A stretch of 62,624 nucleotides of DNA, the filler included. It is 7 parts of 7 records of this genome, joined end to end, with 100 filler letters (N's around TTAATTAATTAA, not from the genome) between each part and the next. Parts side by side here need not be neighbours in the genome. Positions count along the whole stretch, not along the records: positions 49,080 to 51,455 come from SRR9188676_2838; positions 51,556 to 60,039 come from SRR9188676_2846; 5 more parts are not named here. One strand, given 5' to 3'. The translations under genes and the position numbers were made by a program. Positions 51,064 to 59,682 of this stretch are shown one piece after another. Positions within the stretch are counted from its first letter, which is position 1, and each line of letters starts with the position of its first letter. The notes below the pieces were generated by a model, which ran no database searches, had not been told where the DNA came from, and saw only the letters and a list, made by a program, of their open reading frames with translations.

Positions 51064-51455
51064 GTAATGCATATTACATAATACAGAATCGGCTTTTGGG
51101 TCTTTTAGAGGTTCTATTACACACCATCCACGATCCTTACACTCATACTTAACTGGCCACGAACCTCAAATCGATAGAAAGACTACAGCGAAGCCCGAGG
51201 CTGCACATCTTCGAGTTTGTTTTTGCTACTATATGGCTTCATCTGTTTCCCCCCCCGAAATATTTCATTCATCTATAATTATCCCCGGGCAACAGATAAA
51301 TATGTCGTCAAACTGAGACTAGTAAGATACAATAAACATATCTCTGAAAACCTCGCTTGAAGTGAGAGAGACAATGAGAGCCCATTCATCAGCAGAAAAA
51401 ATTGGGCTTGAGACAATATCCCCTTCGCGTTTTCAGAAGAAAAATCTCCGAAACA

Positions 51456-51555
51456 NNNNNNNNNNNNNNNNNNNNNNNNNNNNNNNNNNNNNNNNNNNNT
51501 TAATTAATTAANNNNNNNNNNNNNNNNNNNNNNNNNNNNNNNNNNNNNNNNNNNN
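51456..51555. other. Artificial contig spacer
   Basis: Same N/TTAATTAATTAA/N block. Confidence 0.97.
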
Positions 51556-51556
51556 G

Positions 51557-52807
51557 GAATATTGGGGTGACAGCGGCGCCTGGGGTACGGACACGGTTGA
51601 GTTTGGCGTCGGCATTGCTGCGGCCGATGTTACGGTCAGCCAGGGCAATAATGGCAACGACCTGATCCTGGCCATCGCTGGAACGAATGACAAGGTAACG
51701 CTGCAGGCGACCGTGAACAGCGGAGAAAACCGGATCGATCAGGTCCGCTTCGCCGATGGTACGATCTGGAACCACGCCCAGCTCATGGCTCTGTCGCAGC
51801 AGCCGACGGCAGGCGATGACGTTATCTATGGTTATGAAGGCGCCGACACGATGTTCGGCGGTACCGGTGACGATCAACTCTTTGGCGGATCCGGCGACGA
51901 TATCCTGTCGGGTGACGCAGGCCATGACAGCCTGTCAGGCGGCAATGGAACCGATATTGCCAAATTTGCCGGGGTCCAAGCGTCCTACTCCCTCGTCACG
52001 GCTTCGGGATCGATCGCAGTCGTCGACAACAGTCCAACCGAGGATGGCGATGACGGCATCGACACGTTGACTGGCATTGAAAAGGCGCAGTTCAAGGGTG
52101 GAGCTCAGGTGTCTCTGGCAGCGCCGATCGTGCTTGACCTTGATGGAGATGGCATCGATCTTGTTGCGCGCAAACAGTCCCATGCCCGGTTCGACTGGAA
52201 TGGCGATGGGTTTGCCGATCGAACAGGTTGGGTCGGCGAAGGCGATGGACTGCTTTTCTACGACCGCGATGGCAATGGCACGACTTCCGGCGCGAACGAG
52301 CTTTCGTTCGTCGAGGACAAGTCCGGCGCTAAATCGGACCTTGATGGCTTGTCGGCATTCGATACTAACGGCGATGGCCGCTTCGATACCCATGACGACG
52401 AGTGGTCGAAATTCGGGATCTGGCAGGATGCCGATGGAGACGGCGTTGCTGCCTCAGATGAAATGTCGTCCATGGCGGACGTTGGGATCCGGTCGATCTC
52501 CCTTGCAGGGCAGGCAACAGCGCAGGCATGGTCGTGGGATGACAATATCATCCTCAACCATGGAGGGTTCACCTGGGCGGATGGCCGGACTGGGTCTCTT
52601 GGCGACGTCGCGATGAACTATTTCGAAGCCAAGGTCGAGGCCCATCTACGAGAGCCCCAGCTTTTCGCCAGTCAATTGGTGGAGGCAATAGGCCAATTCG
52701 GCAGCAGTTCGGCCGCAGAGTTCAGTATCGAAGAGTTGGCGAAATCAGGAACGTTTGACACTGCGGCGGGCCATGTTCGCTTTGCAAGTAGCGGAAATTT
52801 TGCCTGA
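51557..52807 (+). CDS. RTX/hemolysin-type calcium-binding protein, C-terminal part (type I secreted)
   Basis: Frame open from the contig edge. GGxGxD nonapeptides (GGTGDD, GGSGDD, GGNGTD), IDQVRFADGTIW, and a PIVLDLDGDG..FDWNGDG..TGWVG..DGLL domain. Confidence 0.9.
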   Translation, partial: EYWGDSGAWGTDTVEFGVGIAAADVTVSQGNNGNDLILAIAGTNDKVTLQATVNSGENRIDQVRFADGTIWNHAQLMALSQQPTAGDDVIYGYEGADTMFGGTGDDQLFGGSGDDILSGDAGHDSLSGGNGTDIAKFAGVQASYSLVTASGSIAVVDNSPTEDGDDGIDTLTGIEKAQFKGGAQVSLAAPIVLDLDGDGIDLVARKQSHARFDWNGDGFADRTGWVGEGDGLLFYDRDGNGTTSGANELSFVEDKSGAKSDLDGLSAFDTNGDGRFDTHDDEWSKFGIWQDADGDGVAASDEMSSMADVGIRSISLAGQATAQAWSWDDNIILNHGGFTWADGRTGSLGDVAMNYFEAKVEAHLREPQLFASQLVEAIGQFGSSSAAEFSIEELAKSGTFDTAAGHVRFASSGNFA

Positions 52808-52825
52808 TTTGCGTGATATAGAAAG

Positions 52826-52852
52826 ACCCCGCAGGCCATTGGCTTGCGGGGT
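52826..52852. terminator. Stem-loop, probable intrinsic terminator
   Basis: ACCCCGCAGGCC-ATT-GGCTTGCGGGGT, 18 nt after the RTX stop codon. Confidence 0.7.
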
Positions 52853-52893
52853 TCTGTGTTCATATTGCTATGGTAAGGTTGTTATACTGACAT

Positions 52894-52908
52894 TGGTTGC
52901 GGGAGCCG
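52894..52908 (-). other. Candidate att site: copy of a tRNA-Met 3' end
   Basis: TGGTTGCGGGAGCCG reverse-complements to ..CTCCCGCAACCA, a tRNA-fMet-like acceptor end. The rest of a tRNA is absent. Confidence 0.5.
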
Positions 52909-53072
52909 AGTTCCACCGCTGTAGAACTCGGTTCCGGCTGACAGATCATCATGTCGTGTCCCTTTTGGATCCGTGTAACTCTACTCGTGGCGTATCACCA
53001 TTGCTGCGCTAAACGATTGCTCAAGCAGAAAATAAATCACTGCTTTATCCAGTAGGCACGAAATATAAAAAA

Positions 53073-53087
53073 CGACCATTTTCGCCG
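53073..53087 (+). promoter_or_regulatory. DriD-like box upstream of the WYL gene
   Basis: CGAC-cattttc-GCCG, one mismatch to CGAC-N7-GTCG, 18 nt before the ATG. Confidence 0.5.
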
Positions 53088-53105
53088 CCACTGAAACGGA
53101 AAAAA

Positions 53106-54089
53106 ATGACTCTACGAATGGCAAAGCTGGATCGTGTCATGTTGTTGATTCACGCGCTGTCCGAAAGCAACGAAGGCATGACCCTCGATGAAATGGCCGC
53201 CTATCTGGGCGTCAATCGTCGTACGGCAGAACGAATGCGAGACATCGTAGCGTTGCATTTTGACCTAGATGAGCGGCAAGATGAACGTCACAAACGATTT
53301 ATCATTCGAGACAGTCTCCGCCGGGTCTATACGCGCCCGGTCGCCGCCGAGGTCGCCGCCTTGCAGGCCGAAGTGCTGGCGCATCAGGGTGCGGGGCGCG
53401 ACGTGCGCGCCGCGCCGCTGGCCGCACTGCTTGCCAAGGTGCGCGGCGCGCTCGACGACCGGGAAAAGCGGCGCATGGACCCGGACCTGGATGCGCTGAC
53501 CCGGGCGCAGCAGATGATCGCCGCGCCCGGCCCGCGCGCGCCAGTTCCCCTCGGCCTGTTAGAAGTGATGCAGGGCGCGATCATGGCCGGACAATGCGTG
53601 GAATTCGACTATGCCGCCCATCCGCGCGCCGAACCGAAATGGCGCCGGGTCATTCCCTATGGCCTGGTGCATGGGCCGCTCAGCTATCTGATCGGCAAGC
53701 TGCCCGACCGGGAACCGACCTATTTCCGCCTCGACCGCATCATCGATGCACGGATTAGCGACCGGCCCGGCTGTGCGCCGGAGGATTGGGACATCAGCGC
53801 CTGGCTGTCGACCAGCTTCGGCGTCTGGCGTGAAGACCCTTATGACATCAGGTTGCGGATATTGCCTGAAGGGGTCGACCGGGCGCGCGGCTGGCGCTTC
53901 CACGCGACGCAAAGCGTGGAGGAATTGCCTGATGGTGGCCTGTGCATCCGTTTCCGCGCGGGCGGCCTGCGCGAACTGACCGACCATCTGTTCAGTTGGG
54001 CGGGCGAACTGGTGATCGAGGAGCCTGCCGCACTGATCACCATGATGCGCGAGCGGGCGGCGCTGGCAGCGGGAATGGTCGCCCCCTGA
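53106..54089 (+). CDS. driD: HTH-WYL-WCX transcriptional regulator, DriD homologue
   Basis: 327 aa. EGMTLDEMAAYLGVNRRTAERMRD, APGPR, FRLDRI, SFGVW and WRFHATQ..DG...IRFRAGGLREL..HLFSW align, from my recall, with Caulobacter DriD along its length. Confidence 0.88.
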   Translation: MTLRMAKLDRVMLLIHALSESNEGMTLDEMAAYLGVNRRTAERMRDIVALHFDLDERQDERHKRFIIRDSLRRVYTRPVAAEVAALQAEVLAHQGAGRDVRAAPLAALLAKVRGALDDREKRRMDPDLDALTRAQQMIAAPGPRAPVPLGLLEVMQGAIMAGQCVEFDYAAHPRAEPKWRRVIPYGLVHGPLSYLIGKLPDREPTYFRLDRIIDARISDRPGCAPEDWDISAWLSTSFGVWREDPYDIRLRILPEGVDRARGWRFHATQSVEELPDGGLCIRFRAGGLRELTDHLFSWAGELVIEEPAALITMMRERAALAAGMVAP

Positions 54090-54145
54090 TCCGATCGCTC
54101 GGGACGGCATCCGGCCGGTTGCTAAAGCGGCCGGATGCTAGCGGG

Positions 54146-54709
54146 TTAGTTCCCCTTGCGATAGTGACCAGCGGCCAGTTCATAGGCGTCGTCGGGTTCT
54201 TCCCCTTGCCTGATGAGCGCGATGATGTCGTCGCGGCATTGACTGACTTGCTTATCGAAGGCCGTGCCATGCACCTTGGCATAATCCCACATCATCTGGA
54301 TCGCTTCCTTCTCCGTCCGTTTCACGCGCGGAGCGATCATCTTCTTCCAGATTTCGGCCTGCTCCTGAAAGGCGTCCTCGACGCTTGACCAGTCAAAGGC
54401 ATAGGCCTGCGCGCACAGCGTTTCAAAGTCGCCCTCAAAGGCGAAGCCCGGTCGTTTGCTGGCCTTGTTCACGCCCAGCGCTGCCAGCACCGGAAGATGT
54501 CTGGGCTCGGTGAATTCCCGACGGATCACATCCAATCGACGCCCGACACTACGGTGATGACAGCGCGATACATAGTCATTGTCGGGGTGCAGCCGGCGCG
54601 CGGTATCGGCGATATTCTCATAATTGTCAGTCACACCGTGCTGGGCCAGTTCCACCAGCATGGGGTAGAAAAGGATCGCCAGTTCAACATCGGTCTTGGT
54701 CAGGGGCAT
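54146..54709 (-). CDS. Hypothetical 187-aa protein with a winged-helix-like domain resembling those fused to restriction-type nucleases
   Basis: RBS AAGGAG before the ATG. Motif Y..L..LA....Y..IA..R.VGRRL..I..LP.L..L.VN..PG..F..FDW. Domain call is inference. Confidence 0.7.
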   Translation of the reverse strand: MPLTKTDVELAILFYPMLVELAQHGVTDNYENIADTARRLHPDNDYVSRCHHRSVGRRLDVIRREFTEPRHLPVLAALGVNKASKRPGFAFEGDFETLCAQAYAFDWSSVEDAFQEQAEIWKKMIAPRVKRTEKEAIQMMWDYAKVHGTAFDKQVSQCRDDIIALIRQGEEPDDAYELAAGHYRKGN

Positions 54710-54786
54710 GCTGTCTCCTTTGCGGTTCGGGCTGTGTCATCACGATAAAAAATATTTCAGAATAAAGGCTGAATCGCTCGGGTGAT

Positions 54787-55296
54787 TCAGTCCAGATCCC
54801 AGTCCCGGTCGGCAACCACTTCCGCCAGCGTCCATATGACGCGCGGATTGGGGCCGCCCGCGCCCCGAAAGCTGGGGTAGACGGTGAAATGCGTGCGAAA
54901 ACCGGGCTTGAGGTCCAGCGTGAGCAGGTCAAGGCTCTCCGCGATCGGTACGCAGCGCCCGATCGGATCGTCAGGCAACGCGCATTCGTAGAGCCGCCCC
55001 TTCAGCACGGCGCTTTCCAGCGCCTCGCTTCCCCGGTTCTGCACCCATCCCCCGACGCTGTAGAGTTGCTGCGCCGCGCCCATGTCGGACTGTGCCTCTT
55101 CCCGGTCCAGCCGCCACTCGACCGCCGGGTCGCCGGGCGGCAGTTGATGTTCGCTCATCCAGTCCTGCGCCGCCATTGCAGCCAGCCACAGCATCAGCGC
55201 ATAGACCGCCCAGCGGAAGGGCGCGACCTGCATCATCAGGGCAAAGGCGATGCCCGCACCGATCCAGCCGAGCATATCATTGTCCCTGTCGTTCAC
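54787..55296 (-). CDS. Hypothetical membrane protein (two TM helices + beta-rich exported domain)
   Basis: GTG start after a GGAGA RBS. Hydrophobic stretches LGWIGAGIAFALMM and WAVYALMLWLAAMAA. C-terminal GWVQNRG..L.G.LYEC..C..LKPG. Confidence 0.7.
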   Translation of the reverse strand: MNDRDNDMLGWIGAGIAFALMMQVAPFRWAVYALMLWLAAMAAQDWMSEHQLPPGDPAVEWRLDREEAQSDMGAAQQLYSVGGWVQNRGSEALESAVLKGRLYECALPDDPIGRCVPIAESLDLLTLDLKPGFRTHFTVYPSFRGAGGPNPRVIWTLAEVVADRDWDLD

Positions 55297-55342
55297 ATCG
55301 TCTCCCACATGGTTCCCGTGGGAAAGGCATGCTGCGTCGATG

Positions 55343-55357
55343 CGACAGAAGCGGACG
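55343..55357 (-). promoter_or_regulatory. DriD-like box upstream of the membrane-protein gene
   Basis: Plus strand CGAC-agaagcg-GACG, 46 nt upstream of the GTG. Confidence 0.6.
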
Positions 55358-55367
55358 TATCCTTGCG

Positions 55368-57036
55368 TCAGGCCATGCCGTCCGAGCAAAAGCCCAACCG
55401 TCCCCGTTCCGTCCCGCGCGAATCGCGCTCCGCCAGCAGCCAGTCGTACAGAATCGCGGGACGCGCCTCGCCCAGCAGCCGCGCGCGATGCGCCACCACG
55501 GCGAAATCGCCGGGCGTCAGCCCTTGCGCCAGCGGTTCGGGCATTACCCTGTTGAAATAGCGCACGAACAATGCCCCGCCTGCTGTCGCGGCAGGCTTTG
55601 GAAGGAGATACGCAGGGTGAAGCGCCGCTGCGTCGCCGGGTCCATCCGGTCGATCAGGTTGGTCGTCGCGATGAAGGGCGCGCGCAATGCCTCCATGCTT
55701 CGCAGCATTTCATTGACCATGCCGCTTTCCCAACTGAGCGTCGCGCCCTGTCGATCGAACAGGAAACTGTCCGCTTCGTCGAGCAGCAGCAGCGTCCCCG
55801 CTTCGCCGCAACGGCGGAAGGCGGCGCTGATGCGCGCTTCCGTCTCACCCACATAGGGGGACAGGAGGTCGCGGGCGCGCACCGCCTCCACATCAATCGC
55901 CAGCCGTGCGCCAAGGTGGCGGGCATAGGCCGACTTACCGGTGCCCGAAGGGCCGGACAGCAGGAGGCTCCAACCGTGTTCGGGTGCGCAGGATAGCCGC
56001 TGGGCCAGCGCTTCCAGATCCGTATCGGCATGGGACAAGGCCGGATCATAAGGACCGGTCGGCCCGGTTTCAGAGGGCAGATGCTTGCCCAGAGCCGTGA
56101 GGATGCTTTCCCCCGCGCGCTGGGCGGCGTCATGCCGAGCAACATTTTGAGATGCGCCAGCCGTTCACTCCGAAGCGGCTCCCCGCCTTCCTCATCCATT
56201 GCCCCAGCGATGACCGCCTGCCAGCCGAACCGGTCTGCAAGCGCCCGCGCAAATTCGCTCTTGCCGGTGCCGGGCGCACAATGCAGCAACAGGCTGACCC
56301 CCTGTCCCGCCCGCGGGGCGCCATCTAGCAGGTCTAGCGCCAGATCGCGCAGCGGCCCCAGATGCGCGAAATCATCCCATTGCAAAGTCGATGGCGGCGC
56401 GACCGGCATCAGCAGCGCTGACAGGCGATCCGGGTCACGGTCCTGCGCCCGCGCAATCCGCTTGAGCAGGCGGCCTGCATTGAAATCGCCATCACCCGCA
56501 TCCTCGATCAGCCCGGACTGCAACAACCGACTGCCCGGTTCCAACCGGTTTTCGATGTCGATCGCCGAAACATCGCCTAGTAGCGCCAGGATCGGTACGG
56601 TCAGGGGGTGACCGCCCATCGGGACGGACTGCGCCAAAGCGCGCCAGCTTTCAAACAGGGCATTGCGCGCGAACAGCGCCAGCAAAGCGCCATCGCGCGC
56701 GTCCAGCCTCAGGCAATCCGCCAGCCAGATGATGCGGGCATCCAGTTCGGTCGGCGCGGGCGCTGCGCCCGGTGGCTGTGCCAGGGTCCGCAGGAGCGCC
56801 GGATATTCGGCCGGGTTGTCGGGGGGCGCCCCCTCGTCCGGATCGATGCCCATCAGCGCGCTGTGCTCCACAAGGAAACGGAGCAAATCCGGCCCGGCGC
56901 AGCTTAGCTCCTGGTCAGAAAGACGATGGGTGAGACTGGAAAAGGCATGGCGCAGATGCGCGCCTTCCTGCGGAGCGAGGCCCAGGGAGGGCGGACCGGC
57001 GCGGCGCCGGCGGCGGAGTTGAAAGGGTATAGTCAT
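55368..57036 (-). pseudogene. Disrupted double-AAA+ ATPase
   Basis: Split into three out-of-frame pieces. Piece 1: N-domain + Walker A HCAPGTGKS, breaking near 56135 with the first Walker B/SRH missing. Piece 2: linker + SGPSGTGKS, LLLLDEADS, ATTN..MDPATQRRF. Piece 3: after a shift at a G-run near 55575, LTPGDF..RLGF. Confidence 0.82.
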
Positions 57037-57059
57037 GCCGCCCTTAAGCGGCATGGCTA

Positions 57060-57074
57060 CGTCAGATATGGTCG
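57060..57074 (-). promoter_or_regulatory. DriD-like box upstream of the AAA ATPase
   Basis: Plus strand CGTC-agatatg-GTCG, 23 nt upstream of ATG 57036. Confidence 0.6.
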
Positions 57075-57078
57075 TGTA

Positions 57079-58032
57079 TTAAGGCTGGACGGTGGGCGGA
57101 GGAGGATTATCGTCAGGTGTTGGCCCAGATGAACCCACGCGCGCTGCAAAGGCGGCGATCCGTGCCTCCCCTTTGCCCGCAGCGTTGCGGTAAATGTCGT
57201 CAGGCAAATAGTGGAATTTCCCGCTGCCGATCAGCCAGAGCGCGCGGTCAAACGCACGCGGCCAGATATCTGCGTCATTGGCACAGCGGATCATTTCGAG
57301 GAACGTGCCCTTCTCGTTGGTCTCTCCATGAAGAGCCCCAATAATGCGCATCGTGAACGTATCCGGCTTCACAAAAGGCAGCAGGCCCATATCCTTGAGA
57401 AAATTGACCGTAATGGCCTCCCCCATCAGGGTAAGCTTGGCCTTACCGCGCCGATTGAAAATGGTTTCGGCAAAGGCCCACATCCGTTCACCCTGCACCG
57501 CGCCGCGGGTCTGTTCGCCGATCTGCTCGCCAACCCACGCCGCGGGCGTGGGATAAAGCGCTTCCAGACCGGTAAGCCATTCCAGTCCCTGCGCGAAGCC
57601 CTTGATGCTCCGCTGCCAGACAACACCATCCTTGCGCGCGGTCGAGATACGGATGGGTTCGGCCAATTCACGGACTGCCATCTGCAACGTCTCTCCCCGG
57701 CCAAGGCGCGCTACAATCGCGCTGAGTCGGCAATCTGTACCGATGATGGCATTGGCAATGGTGGCGCGGATGATGGGTGACACGATCGTGGCATAGCTGC
57801 TGAAATTGGGCAGGTTGCTGATGAACATGCGATAAACCGCGATCCAGCCGCCCAGCACCGGCGTATCTTCGACATGCAACCGAACGACGTCGGCGACGCT
57901 TTTGGGGTGATGAACCGTTCCGTTGATCTCCAATGTCGCGGGCACATAGTCGCCATAGGTTTCGACATAGAGCGTTTCGAGAAAGGCATTCGCTTCGCGC
58001 CAAATGATCGAACCTTGTGTCATATGCTTCAC
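57079..58032 (-). CDS. Hypothetical 317-aa protein with HhH-GPD DNA-glycosylase-like C-terminal motifs
   Basis: MGEAITVNFLKDMG..FVKPDTFTMRI (HhH + PD motif) and AFDRALWLIGSG. Own RBS (AGAGGA) and AT-rich upstream region. Confidence 0.65.
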   Translation of the reverse strand: MKHMTQGSIIWREANAFLETLYVETYGDYVPATLEINGTVHHPKSVADVVRLHVEDTPVLGGWIAVYRMFISNLPNFSSYATIVSPIIRATIANAIIGTDCRLSAIVARLGRGETLQMAVRELAEPIRISTARKDGVVWQRSIKGFAQGLEWLTGLEALYPTPAAWVGEQIGEQTRGAVQGERMWAFAETIFNRRGKAKLTLMGEAITVNFLKDMGLLPFVKPDTFTMRIIGALHGETNEKGTFLEMIRCANDADIWPRAFDRALWLIGSGKFHYLPDDIYRNAAGKGEARIAAFAARVGSSGPTPDDNPPPPTVQP

Positions 58033-58119
58033 ATTCCTCTTATTGCGCGGATACTTTTCAATGCTAATAATTGATTGAAAAAAAGATAATATTTCGATCT
58101 CCTTTTCAGGAGAGTGTGA

Positions 58120-59589
58120 TTAAGCGCCCTCCCCCGCTAGCGCGCGAGCGACGACCATCATCGCTTCGGTATCGCGCGCGCAATAGCGACGCAGCCCCTG
58201 TTCCAGCAGCGCCCGGCGCGCAGGCATGGTGTCGGGGGCAATCGCTTCCCAATAGGCCTGTTGCGCCTGCCCGCCATCCTTCACCTCCAGCGCAAGATAG
58301 CTCATCTGCGGCGCGATGGTCGGCAACACCGCCTTGATCGACCAGCTTCCGCGCTGATCGCGATGATACCAATGGTCGCGTGCCACCGGCAGAAGGTCGA
58401 CGACCCGCGCCGCCAATGCATGCAGCCCCGGCGCCAGATTGGGGAAATCGGCGGCCAATTCGCGGATGCGGGCTTTTTCGAAACTGGCATACCAGGCGAT
58501 GACAGCGCCGTCCCCGGGGAGGTCCAACAGCGCCAGCGCGCACGCCCGCCGAGGGTCCGTACCGTCCATCTGGAGAAATTCCACATGGTCAACCCGGCCA
58601 TCGGCACCTTCCACATGAGCGGAAAACTGAAAGGGCACCTGTCGCCAGGGTCCACACCCCGTCCAGCGCGGAATCGCCTCGCTCACCGTCTCGAAATCCA
58701 GCCAGATGCGAGGATAGGCCCAGTCCGCCATCGCCGCCCGCGCGGCGGCGGCATCATGCCAGGGTTCGCCGCAGATTGTCACGCTCTGGATACGCCGGTG
58801 CAACGCATTGGTCAGCAGGTCTGGCGGCACCTGTGTCAGGTCATCATGCCCGCGCTGCATCAGGGCCTTGCCCCCGCCCCGGGGCAGCAAGTCCACCGGC
58901 CATTCGGGCGCGGGCGGGCGGATGGCCGCGCAATGGGCCTGAAAGGCGCAGGCATAGGGGCTGTTGCAATGCACGCCCATCGCCTGATCCGGCATGTCGC
59001 CGGCCAGCATGGCGCGAATGTCCGACACCAGCGCCGAGCGCCCTGCCATGATCGGCGCAACGTCCGCCAATATCTCGCTATCCATGAACAGCCCGTCCAG
59101 TCGACCATTTTCGGACAGACGGAATTGCGGGTCGAGATGACGCACGGCAGCGCTGCCGATCGGCAGGCCAGCGCCCTGCGCCACCCAGATCTGGGTCGCA
59201 AGGTCGGCCATCTGCTCGGGCTTTGCCTTGGTGGAGGATTTGACCTCCGCCATATGCCAGCGACCATCTCCGCGTGGCTCCAATATGTCGCAGCGCACCA
59301 GCACATCGTCGTGCACGAAGGTCGCTTCATAAATGGGAGCATCATGGCCCGATGCCAGCAGTTCGGCCGTGGTCCGCACCGCCGCCGCCAGGTTCGGCTC
59401 CGCCTCTACCATCACCCCGCCCGCGCTCTGGCGACAGGCTTCCTCGCCCACCGCATGGCCCGATGCATAGCGCGCCTGCGCACCGACATCCTCTTGCGCC
59501 AGCTCGGGCCGGTGCGTGGCCAGCCACAGCTTGCGCGAGCATTGTTCATAGGCGGCGATACGGGATTTGGAGAGGGAATGATGGGTCAT
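58120..59589 (-). CDS. DUF2779-type protein: Cas4-like PD-(D/E)xK nuclease + RNase H-fold exonuclease-like domain
   Basis: LSKSR..YEQC, YEATF, RCDIL, AEVKSST, HCNSPYACAFQAHC (1+3 Cys). Then WLDFET, QVPFQFS, DLLP, SWSIKAVLP, YCARDT. RBS AAGGAG. Confidence 0.88.
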   Translation of the reverse strand: MTHHSLSKSRIAAYEQCSRKLWLATHRPELAQEDVGAQARYASGHAVGEEACRQSAGGVMVEAEPNLAAAVRTTAELLASGHDAPIYEATFVHDDVLVRCDILEPRGDGRWHMAEVKSSTKAKPEQMADLATQIWVAQGAGLPIGSAAVRHLDPQFRLSENGRLDGLFMDSEILADVAPIMAGRSALVSDIRAMLAGDMPDQAMGVHCNSPYACAFQAHCAAIRPPAPEWPVDLLPRGGGKALMQRGHDDLTQVPPDLLTNALHRRIQSVTICGEPWHDAAAARAAMADWAYPRIWLDFETVSEAIPRWTGCGPWRQVPFQFSAHVEGADGRVDHVEFLQMDGTDPRRACALALLDLPGDGAVIAWYASFEKARIRELAADFPNLAPGLHALAARVVDLLPVARDHWYHRDQRGSWSIKAVLPTIAPQMSYLALEVKDGGQAQQAYWEAIAPDTMPARRALLEQGLRRYCARDTEAMMVVARALAGEGA

Positions 59590-59636
59590 GCGAACTCCTT
59601 AATGCAGCGGCGTTAAGGGTCAGTATCGATGCGATA

Positions 59637-59653
59637 ACGACAGAAACGGTCGT
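59637..59653 (-). promoter_or_regulatory. Perfect DriD-like palindrome upstream of the DUF2779 nuclease
   Basis: ACGAC-agaaacg-GTCGT. On the minus strand it is followed 9 nt later by a -10-like GATACT, then the RBS and ATG. Confidence 0.7.
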
Positions 59654-59682
59654 GCGCACCTATATACGCGGCGTAAAGGAGG

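Noticed and set aside
52755-53012. 85-aa ORF after the RTX gene
   Set aside because: It spans a terminator hairpin and the att-like remnant and has no clear RBS.
58120-59589. CRISPR-Cas locus suggested by the Cas4-like motifs
   Set aside because: No repeat-spacer array and no cas1/cas2 or effector genes on the contig.
58261-59616. 451-aa plus-strand ORF and other overlapping ORFs in the bacterial contig
   Set aside because: High-GC antisense or alternative-frame shadows of genes that have clear motifs and RBSs.
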